22,650 bases of DNA from Promethearchaeota archaeon (GTDB taxonomy: Archaea > Asgardarchaeota > Lokiarchaeia > Sigyniarchaeales > SOKP01): NCBI GenBank assembly GCA_048938005.1, contig JBHLMQ010000051.1:1-22650 (forward strand). The letters run 5' to 3'. Shown here in pieces: positions 1-9,039 of the stretch. Numbering within the stretch: position 1 is the stretch's first letter; each line of letters opens with the position of its first letter. A program made the position numbers and the translations under genes. The notes below the pieces were generated by a model. It was not told the DNA's origin. It made no database searches and saw nothing but the letters and a program-made list of their open reading frames with translations.

Positions 1-107
1 TATTCTTCTAAATAATCCATTAATTTATCAACTGCAGCTCGACTTACGATTTCAGCTCCGGCTTTTTTCATTAGAGCCCGTAATGGACTCCATGCAAATG
101 CAGCCAT
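1..107 (-). CDS. Archaeal histone (HMf-like fold), N-terminal part; gene runs off the left edge
   Basis: Not in the ORF track. Manual translation from ATG at 107: MAAFAWSPLRALMKKAGAEIVSRAAVDKLMDYLEE..., matching histone-fold helix1-loop1-helix2 (cf. LPxAPxxRIxKxAGAxRVSxxA). GAGG SD-like motif upstream. Confidence 0.9.
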   Translation of the reverse strand, partial: MAAFAWSPLRALMKKAGAEIVSRAAVDKLMDYLEE

Positions 108-155
108 TTTCTTATTCCTCCACTTTAATTATTTTCATATCTTTTTTTTAGAATG

Positions 156-190
156 TATTTAAATTTTAATTAGTATTTCTTATATTTAAA
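156..190 (-). promoter_or_regulatory. Two tandem TTTAAATA TATA-box candidates for the histone gene
   Basis: tatttaaa at 156-163 and 183-190 (TTTAAATA on the minus strand), upstream of the histone ATG. The AT-rich background lowers specificity. Confidence 0.45.
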
Positions 191-613
191 TGTGTTGGTT
201 GATCATCATTAATCCGATACATGTGATCAATCAAATATGGTCGACAAAAAAAATTGATGAAAAAAATCGATAAATTTTTTATTAGTGAATTCAGTTAATC
301 AGAAATGATCAATATTTGATTTCAAATAATGCAGTTGTTATTAGGAGTAGATAAACTTTGTTATATTTGGGTGAAATAAATAATCCAGTTTATATAGAAT
401 CTCATAAAAGATAAAAGATTGAAATCCTAATCATTGAATAATTTAACAAAAAAACAATTTTAATAAAAATTTTTAAAGCTTTTTTCAAATCTTAATAATT
501 TATAATTAATTTTGCTTTACACTAATATAAAAGTTAGGGAATCTCCTTAATAATTCTCTTACATTTTACTTTATTTAAATTGAAATTTTCATCTAGAATT
601 GGAGTATTAAAAA

Positions 614-1696
614 ATGGGTGTAATCAATCCTAAAATTTTAGTTTTTTCAGACACTCACTTAGGTTCCTTGGATAGTGAAAGGGATTTATTAATTCAATTT
701 TTAAGAAAAATCTTTAATGGAGAATTCGGAAATGAATTACAAGCCGTTATAATATTAGGAGATTTTATTGATTTATGTACCGATACTCCTGAAACTCTCT
801 TGAGAAGAGCAAAAATCCAAGAAATTTTCAATCTTTTATTAGAAATTAAAAAGCAAAAAAGTGTAATTTATGTGCTTGGAAACCATGAAATTCCTATTAC
901 TGGAGACTATGATAAGAAATTCCAACGTCGGAAAAAAAAGTTTTCAATCAAATTTGAAAATAGCAATTTCAATGATTTGTTTGATATTGATTTCTTTAGT
1001 CAATATATATTGTTGAAAAAGTATAACAACGAGGACATGCTCTTATTATACGATTCACGAGATCAAATTGAAAATACTCCTAGTAAAAAAGTAAGAATTG
1101 AGGGGCTTGATTTAGATAGCGATTATACGTGTTTAATGACACATGGATATCAGTTTGAGAGTGATATATTTCGATTTTTTGTAGGTCAAACATGGAAATC
1201 TATGATTTCTTCTAATAATTTTGAAATAAAAGAAACATTTGATTATTTCTGGAATGAGATAATTAAGAATGATAGAAAAATCAAACCAATCACATTCGAA
1301 CAGATGAAACAAGAATTAGCTACACTAAAAAATATGTCTATAGAATCAATAGATACACTTTTTTCAGAATTAAGTAATTTCGAATTTAAATTAATTAAAG
1401 CGAACGCGCGAATAATGAAGAGATGGGAACGTGCAAAAAAACTTGATTATTATTTTGAGGAAATACAAGAGTTCTTAGAGGATGATGATTATGATTTCTC
1501 AGAAGTTAATCATTTAATATATGGTCATACACACAATAAGGGAGTTTATAATGGAATGATAAATGGACATCCAATAGAAATTGTAAACGATGGTTCTTGG
1601 CAGCACGTTCAGCCATCTTATGTAGAGATTCTTTATAAGGGAGTATTAAATTTAAGAGCTGTTTTTAATAATGTGAATTCTTCATTACTTTATTAA
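614..1696 (+). CDS. Calcineurin-like metallophosphoesterase (LpxH-like architecture)
   Basis: All five motifs present: SDTHLG, GDFID, GNHE, THG, GHTH. GGAG SD at 601-604. Confidence 0.88.
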   Translation: MGVINPKILVFSDTHLGSLDSERDLLIQFLRKIFNGEFGNELQAVIILGDFIDLCTDTPETLLRRAKIQEIFNLLLEIKKQKSVIYVLGNHEIPITGDYDKKFQRRKKKFSIKFENSNFNDLFDIDFFSQYILLKKYNNEDMLLLYDSRDQIENTPSKKVRIEGLDLDSDYTCLMTHGYQFESDIFRFFVGQTWKSMISSNNFEIKETFDYFWNEIIKNDRKIKPITFEQMKQELATLKNMSIESIDTLFSELSNFEFKLIKANARIMKRWERAKKLDYYFEEIQEFLEDDDYDFSEVNHLIYGHTHNKGVYNGMINGHPIEIVNDGSWQHVQPSYVEILYKGVLNLRAVFNNVNSSLLY

Positions 1697-1713
1697 AATG
1701 AGTTAAAATTTCT

Positions 1714-2178
1714 TTATATTCTCAACTCTATTTTCGGTTCTTTTTTCTCAGCATAGAAAAATCGTCCAGAACCCATTACATCTACATGTCGGAAATATAT
1801 CTCATTAAATACTAATGTTTGAGAGCCAATTCCCTCCTTTTTTTTTGTCTCATTGATATTTTTTTTTGAATTCGAATCAATAATGTTCTTAATCATTTTA
1901 CCTAATTCAGAAACAAGGATCTCTTCTTCAGAAGGATAATATTGATCTGGATCAGCACCTATTGCTATATTTCCTTCCTGATAATCACCTGGATTTTTTT
2001 CTGCCGCAATCTTATATTTAATGAAATAATCTAAAATGCTTTTTAATTTATCGAGACTTGCTTGACCGATTTCCTCAAGAATCTTAAACACAAATGAATC
2101 TGGTTTTTTCAAATAGTCATGAACCAAATCTGGAGTTGTTTTCGGTTCATAATCTGGAAATAAATCTTTATTATTCAA
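1714..2178 (-). CDS. Hypothetical protein (154 aa, TTG start)
   Basis: Fills the gap between neighbours with a natural protein-like composition; no family recognised. Confidence 0.7.
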   Translation of the reverse strand: MNNKDLFPDYEPKTTPDLVHDYLKKPDSFVFKILEEIGQASLDKLKSILDYFIKYKIAAEKNPGDYQEGNIAIGADPDQYYPSEEEILVSELGKMIKNIIDSNSKKNINETKKKEGIGSQTLVFNEIYFRHVDVMGSGRFFYAEKKEPKIELRI

Positions 2179-2289
2179 AACTTATTCAACACCGAATTAT
2201 ATTAATATGTTCAAAACTTATAAATCCAAACTTTTATTCTTAATTATTAAGCTTAGATTTTTTTGATAATAAAATTAACTATTATACTC

Positions 2290-2898
2290 ATGGCTGACCA
2301 AACAACTCTTCTTTCTAGCAAGGAAGAAAAAGGAAAACCGATTTATATCTTCAAAATATGCATTTTGGGTCAGGAACGTGTAGGGAAAACATGTATTGCA
2401 AAACGATTATGTTTTAATACATTTGATGTAAATACTAAAGAAACATTAGGAATCGAATTCTATACAAAAGATCTTCCTATTATTGTTAATGGAGAGGAAA
2501 CTTTTGTTAGAATTAGTATCTGGGATTTTGGTGGACGAGAACAATTCAAAAAATTGTTCCCATATTACATAAACGGTGCTAATGGAATTTTTATGGTTTT
2601 TGATTTGATAGATCTTCAAACACTGCTTAGATTAGACTGGTGGTATGAGAGATTACAAGATTACAATCAAGCATATACTCCCAGAATGTTCATTGGTGCT
2701 AAAAGTGATCTAATTAAGATAGCAGATGAAAAATCAAGGGTTGATGATTTAGTTATAAATAGATTCATGGAAAGACACAATGAGGATAACTTTCTTAAGA
2801 CTTCTTCTAAAGATAATTATAATATTGAACTAATTTTTAAAGAACTTATTATTAGAATATTAGAAAAAAATAGATTGGATTACGATAGATTAGTATAA
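2290..2898 (+). CDS. Rab/Ras-like small GTPase (Asgard type)
   Basis: G1 GQERVGKT, G2 ETLGIEF, G3 WDFGG, YYINGANGIFMVFD, G4 AKSD, G5 TSSK. ATG at 2290 preferred over the TTG at 2263. Confidence 0.92.
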   Translation: MADQTTLLSSKEEKGKPIYIFKICILGQERVGKTCIAKRLCFNTFDVNTKETLGIEFYTKDLPIIVNGEETFVRISIWDFGGREQFKKLFPYYINGANGIFMVFDLIDLQTLLRLDWWYERLQDYNQAYTPRMFIGAKSDLIKIADEKSRVDDLVINRFMERHNEDNFLKTSSKDNYNIELIFKELIIRILEKNRLDYDRLV

Positions 2899-2966
2899 CG
2901 AATTGTAATCGAATTATTTAGGTAACGTATATTTTGTATAATTAATTTTTTTGGGGGAGAATCGAA

Positions 2967-4046
2967 ATGGTTAATATTTTTCATGAAGAAGATGGAGATC
3001 TTTCAATTTTAGAAAATAAAACGATAAGCATTATTGGTTACGGAAATCAAGGCAGAGCTCAAGCTCTTAACTTGAGAGATTCGGGTTTAAATGTTATTAT
3101 AGGAAATATTGAAGATGATTATAAGAAAATTGCTATAAGAGACAACTTTCCCGTTTATTCAATTAAAGAAGCTACTGAAAAATCAGAGATAATATTTTTA
3201 TTAATCCCAGATGAGATAATGAATGAAATTTTTGAAAAAGAAATAAACCCTAATTTGAAACCTGAATCCATACTTGTTTTTGCTAGTGGCTATAATATTG
3301 GTTTTAACTTACTAAAACCACCTGAAGACATTGATGTCTTATTAATTGCACCTAGAATGATTGGAGTGGGTGTAAGGGAGAATTTTCTTAAAAATGAAGG
3401 ATTTTTTAGTTTTATCGCTATTGAAAAAGATGCTTCTGGACATGCAAAAGAGATTTTGCTTGCCCTGTCTAAAGGTATTGGAACTTTAAAAAAAGGTGCT
3501 ATCATGTTAACTTTCAAGCAAGAAGCCGAATTAGATTTATTCAATGAACAAGCATTTGGACCCGCATTTGGTAGAGTGTTATTATCGAGTATATACACAT
3601 TAATTAATGCAGGATATCCCCCAGAAGCTGTGTTAGTTGAGATGTATATGAGCGGAGAAATGTCTTATACCTATAAGAAAATGGCAGATGTAGGATTAAT
3701 AAAGCAAGTAGATTTTCATTCTCAAACAAGTCAGTATGGAGCAATGAGTAGAGGTATACGTTTTAAGCAACTTCCTCTTATGGATAAGATGGAACGGATC
3801 TTAAGAGAAATTCAAAACGGTGAATTTACTAAAGAGTGGGAAAAGAAAATTACCAAATTAAAATTTAAGATGATAAAGTATTTTGCAACTAAGCAGAAGA
3901 TTAATAAATTAGAAAAGCAAGTAAGAAATAATCTTAAATTAGAACTCTATGATATTTTTGAAGAAGAACCCCCAACCGAAGCAGAACTTACTGAGTTAAA
4001 AAAAATTTCAGACGAGTTAAAGTTGTTTGAACAATATTTTAAATAA
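2967..4046 (+). CDS. ilvC: Ketol-acid reductoisomerase (class I IlvC) family protein, divergent
   Basis: IIGYGNQGRAQALNLRDSG Rossmann motif, LLIPDE, metal-binding DLFNEQ, SQYG. Several canonical residues are altered (see findings). Confidence 0.85.
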   Translation: MVNIFHEEDGDLSILENKTISIIGYGNQGRAQALNLRDSGLNVIIGNIEDDYKKIAIRDNFPVYSIKEATEKSEIIFLLIPDEIMNEIFEKEINPNLKPESILVFASGYNIGFNLLKPPEDIDVLLIAPRMIGVGVRENFLKNEGFFSFIAIEKDASGHAKEILLALSKGIGTLKKGAIMLTFKQEAELDLFNEQAFGPAFGRVLLSSIYTLINAGYPPEAVLVEMYMSGEMSYTYKKMADVGLIKQVDFHSQTSQYGAMSRGIRFKQLPLMDKMERILREIQNGEFTKEWEKKITKLKFKMIKYFATKQKINKLEKQVRNNLKLELYDIFEEEPPTEAELTELKKISDELKLFEQYFK

Positions 4047-4056
4047 TCTCTATTTG

Positions 4057-5034
4057 TTATATAAGGATAATAACTACTCCTAAAATGGTTAGGATAACAC
4101 CAATAAGCCCAAACTTAGAAATCTTCTCCTTATTTACAAAATAAGTTAATGGAAGGGCAAATAATGGACTAGCACTGGCAATTAATGCAACTATATTCGC
4201 TCCTGCTATATGAACGGATTCAGTGTATAGAAATGCTCCTAGGGAAGTGCCTATTATTGAAGCAACTAATAATAAAATCCATGAACGAAGTGATTTTTTC
4301 TGAGTTGTTGAATTATTATCTCTTTTCTTTAAATAACTTTCTCGCCATACCATTGAACCCAAAATTAGCAAGGCAAATGGAAATCTGATAACATTTCCTA
4401 TAATAGAACTTAGTTCTTCTATATGAATTATCTGATCTATTTGAATAGTAGCAAATTCAATAATTACAGCACCAATAGCCCACCCAAGAGAAGCAATAAA
4501 ACAAAAACCTATGGCTTTTATAATATCCTTTTTAAAAATCTCATTAATTCTGATTTTTAAAGAGTGATGCAAAACATTATTTCTTTCATGTTTCGAATTC
4601 TCAGTGTTTATTTTGGATTTTCCAATAATAGTTATTCCTACACCAATTAGAATCAAGGACAAAATTAAGTTAAGTTTAAACGGGTGGTTAAGAAATATAA
4701 GAGATAATATGAAGGTAAAGAGAGGAAAAGTCATTGAAATGGCAAGAGCGATAGTAGTTCCAAGTTCTTTTTGAGCTGTAAAATAAGCAGTGTCTCCTAT
4801 TACTTGACCAAAGACAAAACTCAATATTAATAGCAACCATAATTCCCACGGTATTATAAAAATGAGATTTAATCGATTTAAAAATAAAATAATAATAATG
4901 AAAGTCAATGTACCTACACCTGTTCGAAAGAAATTGATAAAAGTTGGAGTTACTTCATGTTCTGTTTTGCGAAAAATAACATTAGATCCAACAAATGTAA
5001 GCACAGCAAATAATGCGATAATTTCTCCTAACAT
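4057..5034 (-). CDS. EamA/DMT family transporter
   Basis: About 10 hydrophobic segments in two repeats; motifs R...G, SMTFPLFT / ASASPLFA, EKI...G. Confidence 0.88.
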   Translation of the reverse strand: MLGEIIALFAVLTFVGSNVIFRKTEHEVTPTFINFFRTGVGTLTFIIIILFLNRLNLIFIIPWELWLLLILSFVFGQVIGDTAYFTAQKELGTTIALAISMTFPLFTFILSLIFLNHPFKLNLILSLILIGVGITIIGKSKINTENSKHERNNVLHHSLKIRINEIFKKDIIKAIGFCFIASLGWAIGAVIIEFATIQIDQIIHIEELSSIIGNVIRFPFALLILGSMVWRESYLKKRDNNSTTQKKSLRSWILLLVASIIGTSLGAFLYTESVHIAGANIVALIASASPLFALPLTYFVNKEKISKFGLIGVILTILGVVIILI

Positions 5035-5121
5035 TGAATATGTGAATTAAAGAGTACATATATTGTTATGTTTTTCAATTCTTTTTAATGTGAAAACTAA
5101 ATGAATGAAGAATTAGTTATT

Positions 5122-6582
5122 TTATTGGAATTGTCTAGCTAATTTCTTACCAAATTCATATAATTTTAAAAATGATTTAGCAGCAGCTTCAATTGTAGGA
5201 TAAACAATGAACTTATCATTAAGTAGTAAGTGATTAAATTTGGCTTGAGATTCACTGGGATATTGATGTAGGATAATAACAAAAACCTTATTTAATGATT
5301 CAACATAATCTCTCAATTCTAACAGATTATTATAATAACCTTTAAAACGGTCGCCTTCCATATCTTTCCAAGCATCAGTCTCTACTAATATAAAATCAAT
5401 TTTTTCGTTAATGGCCGCTTTACAAACCTCTACTAGTACTTTTTGGTGTGTTATCCAAGGTAAATCAAGTGGATTGGCCAAACTACCAACCCTTAAAGGA
5501 AGTATATCCTTTAATTTCTCTAATGTATCACCTTCAAAATAGGGCAATTCTAATCCTAATTCTACTAACATATCGGTTGCTAAGATGCCAAAACCACCAG
5601 ACCAAAGAATAATTAAAGCTCGTTTGTTTGTTGGGTAAATAACTTCCTTTTTTGATTTACGAAACCGAGATATATAACTCGAAAAAAGAAAGACATAATC
5701 AATCAGTTCATCCAAGGAAGCAGGAACTTCAATAATCGGAGTTTGGCTGTAAATTGCACTCCATATATCACTTTTTGTTGTTAAAGCTCCTGTATGAGTC
5801 AAAACAGCAGTTTGACCTCTTGAAGTTCTTCCGCCTCTCATAAATAATACTGGTTTTTTCATCTTTTTTAACATATTGAATAATTTTTTGCCCTCATTTT
5901 TATGGAATGGCGAAATTCCTTCAAAATAAACGCATATTACATCAGTATCAATATCATTATTGAGATATTCTAAAATTTCTGAAATTTGTATATCAATGCA
6001 ATTTCCAATACTAACTCCAATCGAAAATCTAAGATTATATCTTCGCGAACCAAATTTTATCATCTTTGAGTGTAAATCTCCTGATTGAAAAATAAGACCA
6101 ATATTGCCTCTCTCAACAGGAAAAGATGAGTAATATGCAGTTTTACCACGAGGATTATATAATCCCATACAGTTCGGCCCTATAGCTCTTGTATTTTTAT
6201 AATTTTCCAATAGCTCTTTTAACTGACGTTCAATTTTTATGCCTAAATCGTCAAATTCCCCTGTTCCAGCTGTAAATATATGAACAAAATTTACTTTCTT
6301 TTTCGATAGAATATCTTCTAATGATTCAATAAGCAATTCTCTTCTTACAGATAAAATTAATAGATCTATTATATCCTCTGGAATCTTATCAACAGTTTTA
6401 TAACATTTCAAACCTGAGAATTCTTCTTCTTTAGTTGATATTAAGTATAATTTCCCTAAATCAAAACCTTGCCTTTTAAAGCCTTCAACGAAGAATGAAA
6501 TCCTTTGACTTACTTTAAAAATTGCTACACTATTCGGCTTAAATAATCTCTCAAATGAATGAATATTATCCTTCTTTCCCAC
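5122..6582 (-). CDS. ADP-forming acyl-CoA synthetase alpha-subunit-like protein (CoA-binding + ligase domains)
   Basis: LFKPNSVA, TAGTGE, IGPNCMG, QSG, SIGNCID, YFEG, phospho-His motif THTGAL, SGGFGIL, NPLDL. GTG at 6582 follows a GAGG SD and is preferred over TTG 6594; it overlaps the upstream stop. Confidence 0.85.
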   Translation of the reverse strand: MGKKDNIHSFERLFKPNSVAIFKVSQRISFFVEGFKRQGFDLGKLYLISTKEEEFSGLKCYKTVDKIPEDIIDLLILSVRRELLIESLEDILSKKKVNFVHIFTAGTGEFDDLGIKIERQLKELLENYKNTRAIGPNCMGLYNPRGKTAYYSSFPVERGNIGLIFQSGDLHSKMIKFGSRRYNLRFSIGVSIGNCIDIQISEILEYLNNDIDTDVICVYFEGISPFHKNEGKKLFNMLKKMKKPVLFMRGGRTSRGQTAVLTHTGALTTKSDIWSAIYSQTPIIEVPASLDELIDYVFLFSSYISRFRKSKKEVIYPTNKRALIILWSGGFGILATDMLVELGLELPYFEGDTLEKLKDILPLRVGSLANPLDLPWITHQKVLVEVCKAAINEKIDFILVETDAWKDMEGDRFKGYYNNLLELRDYVESLNKVFVIILHQYPSESQAKFNHLLLNDKFIVYPTIEAAAKSFLKLYEFGKKLARQFQ

Positions 6583-7174
6583 TTTTATCCTCAATTGTTA
6601 TTGTTAAATCTGTATTACAATTATAGCAAAATTTTGGTATAGATTCGAATTCAGTTCCACAATTAGGGCACACTGTTTTACTCGTACTCGCAATAGCATG
6701 TAAATTTTCAATTTGAGTGTCAATTTTTAGTCTCTTGATTTTTCTTAGTATTAATGAAAGTCCGATTGAAATGCCAACAATTATAATGCCTAGCAGAATC
6801 GTGTGTAGAAAATGAAATTGAAAATTAGAATTAAAATATTCAGGTGAATGTTTTGACAAAAATATGTAAAGAAAAAAATTTGGAAAGAAAAATGTCATTA
6901 AATTCATTGAATATGCTTTTTTGAAATTATTATAAATGAGGATCGGTATTAATGATACTAAAATCCAAATAAAATAAATATAAAGTAAGCCAAATAATTC
7001 ATTAAATAAAAGGAAGTTTGCTAAGAACTTCATGATTACTTCTTGTTCTATTGAAACACCAATATCGAAATTAATATTCATCTCATAACCAATAATAAAT
7101 ACAAATAGCGTTAGAATTAAAACTTGGAAGATAAAAATAACAATTCTACTTCTAAAAACTTCTTTTACTTTCAT
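6566..7174 (-). CDS. Membrane protein (about 4 TM) with C-terminal zinc ribbon
   Basis: Four hydrophobic stretches followed by CPNCG...FCYNC. Confidence 0.8.
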   Translation of the reverse strand: MKVKEVFRSRIVIFIFQVLILTLFVFIIGYEMNINFDIGVSIEQEVIMKFLANFLLFNELFGLLYIYFIWILVSLIPILIYNNFKKAYSMNLMTFFFPNFFLYIFLSKHSPEYFNSNFQFHFLHTILLGIIIVGISIGLSLILRKIKRLKIDTQIENLHAIASTSKTVCPNCGTEFESIPKFCYNCNTDLTITIEDKSGKEG

Positions 7175-7244
7175 TATTAAATAATAGAATCTATTATAGA
7201 ATTAAACTCTTTTAAATACGATCTGAAGATAAATTACTTCTGTT

Positions 7245-7291
7245 AAAATAAAAAAAGAAAAAGAAATAAAATTTTTTACAATTTATTTTTT
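7245..7291 (-). terminator. Oligo-U terminator candidate after the surface-protein gene
   Basis: Minus strand contains TTTTATTTCTTTTTTCTTTTTTTATTTT shortly after the stop; archaeal terminators are U-tracts. Confidence 0.4.
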
Positions 7292-8782
7292 TCAAGTTAT
7301 TTTCTTCCTTTTTGATACAATTAATGTTATTCCAACTATTAACACCACAGTTAAAATTTCAATATGATATCCCGGAATTAATTCCTCTCCATAAACATCG
7401 AAATATGCTGTATATACCGGATCATGTATTAATTTTCCTCCTCCATTCATACCATATTCAGGATAACATGTAACGAAGAATGCGGCCATATTCTCAGGAT
7501 CAGTAGAATTATATGCCTCTTCAAATGGAATTCCAAATGTGAAATGATTTGTTTGATTAATAACATATCCTATTATTAATCTACCAAATTCTCCAACTAA
7601 TTCAGTCATACCTTGGACAAAATGTATAAATTCAGCATCATGAACAACATCTAAACATTCATAAGATGCATTATATATATTAGGTATGGTTCCAGATTTA
7701 TTTATCATACTATATTGAGGTTTTTGACTGAATTTAAAATCAAAAGCATGAACACCACCTAATGTTGTTCTAACCTCAGATAACCCTGTAGTATGGTTTG
7801 CTCGAGATATTGTGCCATTAGGAGTAGTTAATGCCCAATCTTGACCTGCCCATATAAAACTATATGTCCCTAGAGACATTGCAAAGTCATCAGGTACCCA
7901 ATGATCATCTGGAAATGATGCTGGAGCCCATGAATCAGTGGAATTATCTCTATATACCATTGCTGCAATCTCTCCTGATTCATAATCTTGATATAAAGTT
8001 GCTACACCCCTACTTGTATCAATTTCAAGAGTATAATCATAAGAAAAATGAGTTACATTTCCAATATGGTGCGATCCATTAACATAGGTACCTGGATCTG
8101 AATAGTTAAAACCCCATTTAAAATAAGGAGTTGCTACCGCTCTATCAATTTCAGGGACATAAAAAATAATATCTGAGTAATTATATCCCCATTTATATGT
8201 AATTATTGATCCATTTTCAACTCTAGTTAATGGTAAAGCCTTTGTTTTCGGATTTGACATAATTCCTGCATTTCTTACATCTTCTGTACTAGCACCCATG
8301 AAAAAGTAGGGATTCACCTCTTCTCCGATATCGTAATATCCATTAGAATTGCTATCTCCAAATCCAAACCAGGCAGAGTGCATGGAAGCTATGAAAATCT
8401 CAGAACCACTTAAATGAGCATGTTGCCACCACATTTGTGCTGGAGTAGTATAAACTATTTCTTTACCATCTTCCCACGTTGTTTTATTGATAAATGCTAA
8501 CATCCCCATCTCAAAATTTCCTTCCTTCATCCACTTCATGTTCCATGTATTATTTTCCCAAGATACCTCAGGTCTCACATCAGGATGATCCCAATATGAA
8601 TTATTAAAGATATTTGTATCCCAATAATTCTGATCAAAAGTGTTTCCCGAACCAAATGCTTGTTCTTGAGTTGGAGGTCCTTCCTGTGCGTTAGCTATAA
8701 AAGTAAACAAACCAAAAATGAGTAAAATTCCAAAGATTAATATAAAAAGTCTACTCTTGTGTAAATTTTTCATAAATACCAT
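7292..8782 (-). CDS. Secreted cell-surface glycoprotein with IPGY-TM-basic C-terminal sorting signal (Loki-CTERM / PGF-CTERM-like)
   Basis: N-terminal signal peptide ending ANA|Q; about 15 N-x-S/T sequons; ends IPGY + hydrophobic helix + KRKK. Confidence 0.85.
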   Translation of the reverse strand: MVFMKNLHKSRLFILIFGILLIFGLFTFIANAQEGPPTQEQAFGSGNTFDQNYWDTNIFNNSYWDHPDVRPEVSWENNTWNMKWMKEGNFEMGMLAFINKTTWEDGKEIVYTTPAQMWWQHAHLSGSEIFIASMHSAWFGFGDSNSNGYYDIGEEVNPYFFMGASTEDVRNAGIMSNPKTKALPLTRVENGSIITYKWGYNYSDIIFYVPEIDRAVATPYFKWGFNYSDPGTYVNGSHHIGNVTHFSYDYTLEIDTSRGVATLYQDYESGEIAAMVYRDNSTDSWAPASFPDDHWVPDDFAMSLGTYSFIWAGQDWALTTPNGTISRANHTTGLSEVRTTLGGVHAFDFKFSQKPQYSMINKSGTIPNIYNASYECLDVVHDAEFIHFVQGMTELVGEFGRLIIGYVINQTNHFTFGIPFEEAYNSTDPENMAAFFVTCYPEYGMNGGGKLIHDPVYTAYFDVYGEELIPGYHIEILTVVLIVGITLIVSKRKKIT

Positions 8783-9024
8783 CCCTTTTTTTTATAGAAA
8801 GATATATTTAACATAAACAAAACAAACTCATCTATTTAAATCTATTTGAAAATCAAAAATGCCCAAAACAGTAAAATTTTTAATATTTGCTACCTTTATT
8901 TAAGTACAGTGGAAGACTCGTATTCTTGTTTTTTAAAACTAGCAATTTATAACTATTATAGAGGATGTTTTCTCCTATGAATCACACTTCTTCTTCAATA
9001 TATATTAAGAAAAGTATTTCTTTT

Positions 9025-9030
9025 GGAGGT
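9025..9030 (+). promoter_or_regulatory. Shine-Dalgarno GGAGGT for rpoA1
   Basis: GGAGGT ends 9 nt before ATG 9040. Confidence 0.75.
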
Positions 9031-9039
9031 ATTTAACTT

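Noticed and set aside
3290-3598. 102-aa minus-strand ORF
   Set aside because: Antisense shadow inside ilvC; no recognisable motif.
4185-5050. Two short plus-strand ORFs (4185..4388, 4862..5050)
   Set aside because: Antisense to the EamA gene.
7864-8082. 72-aa plus-strand ORF
   Set aside because: Antisense shadow within the surface-protein gene.
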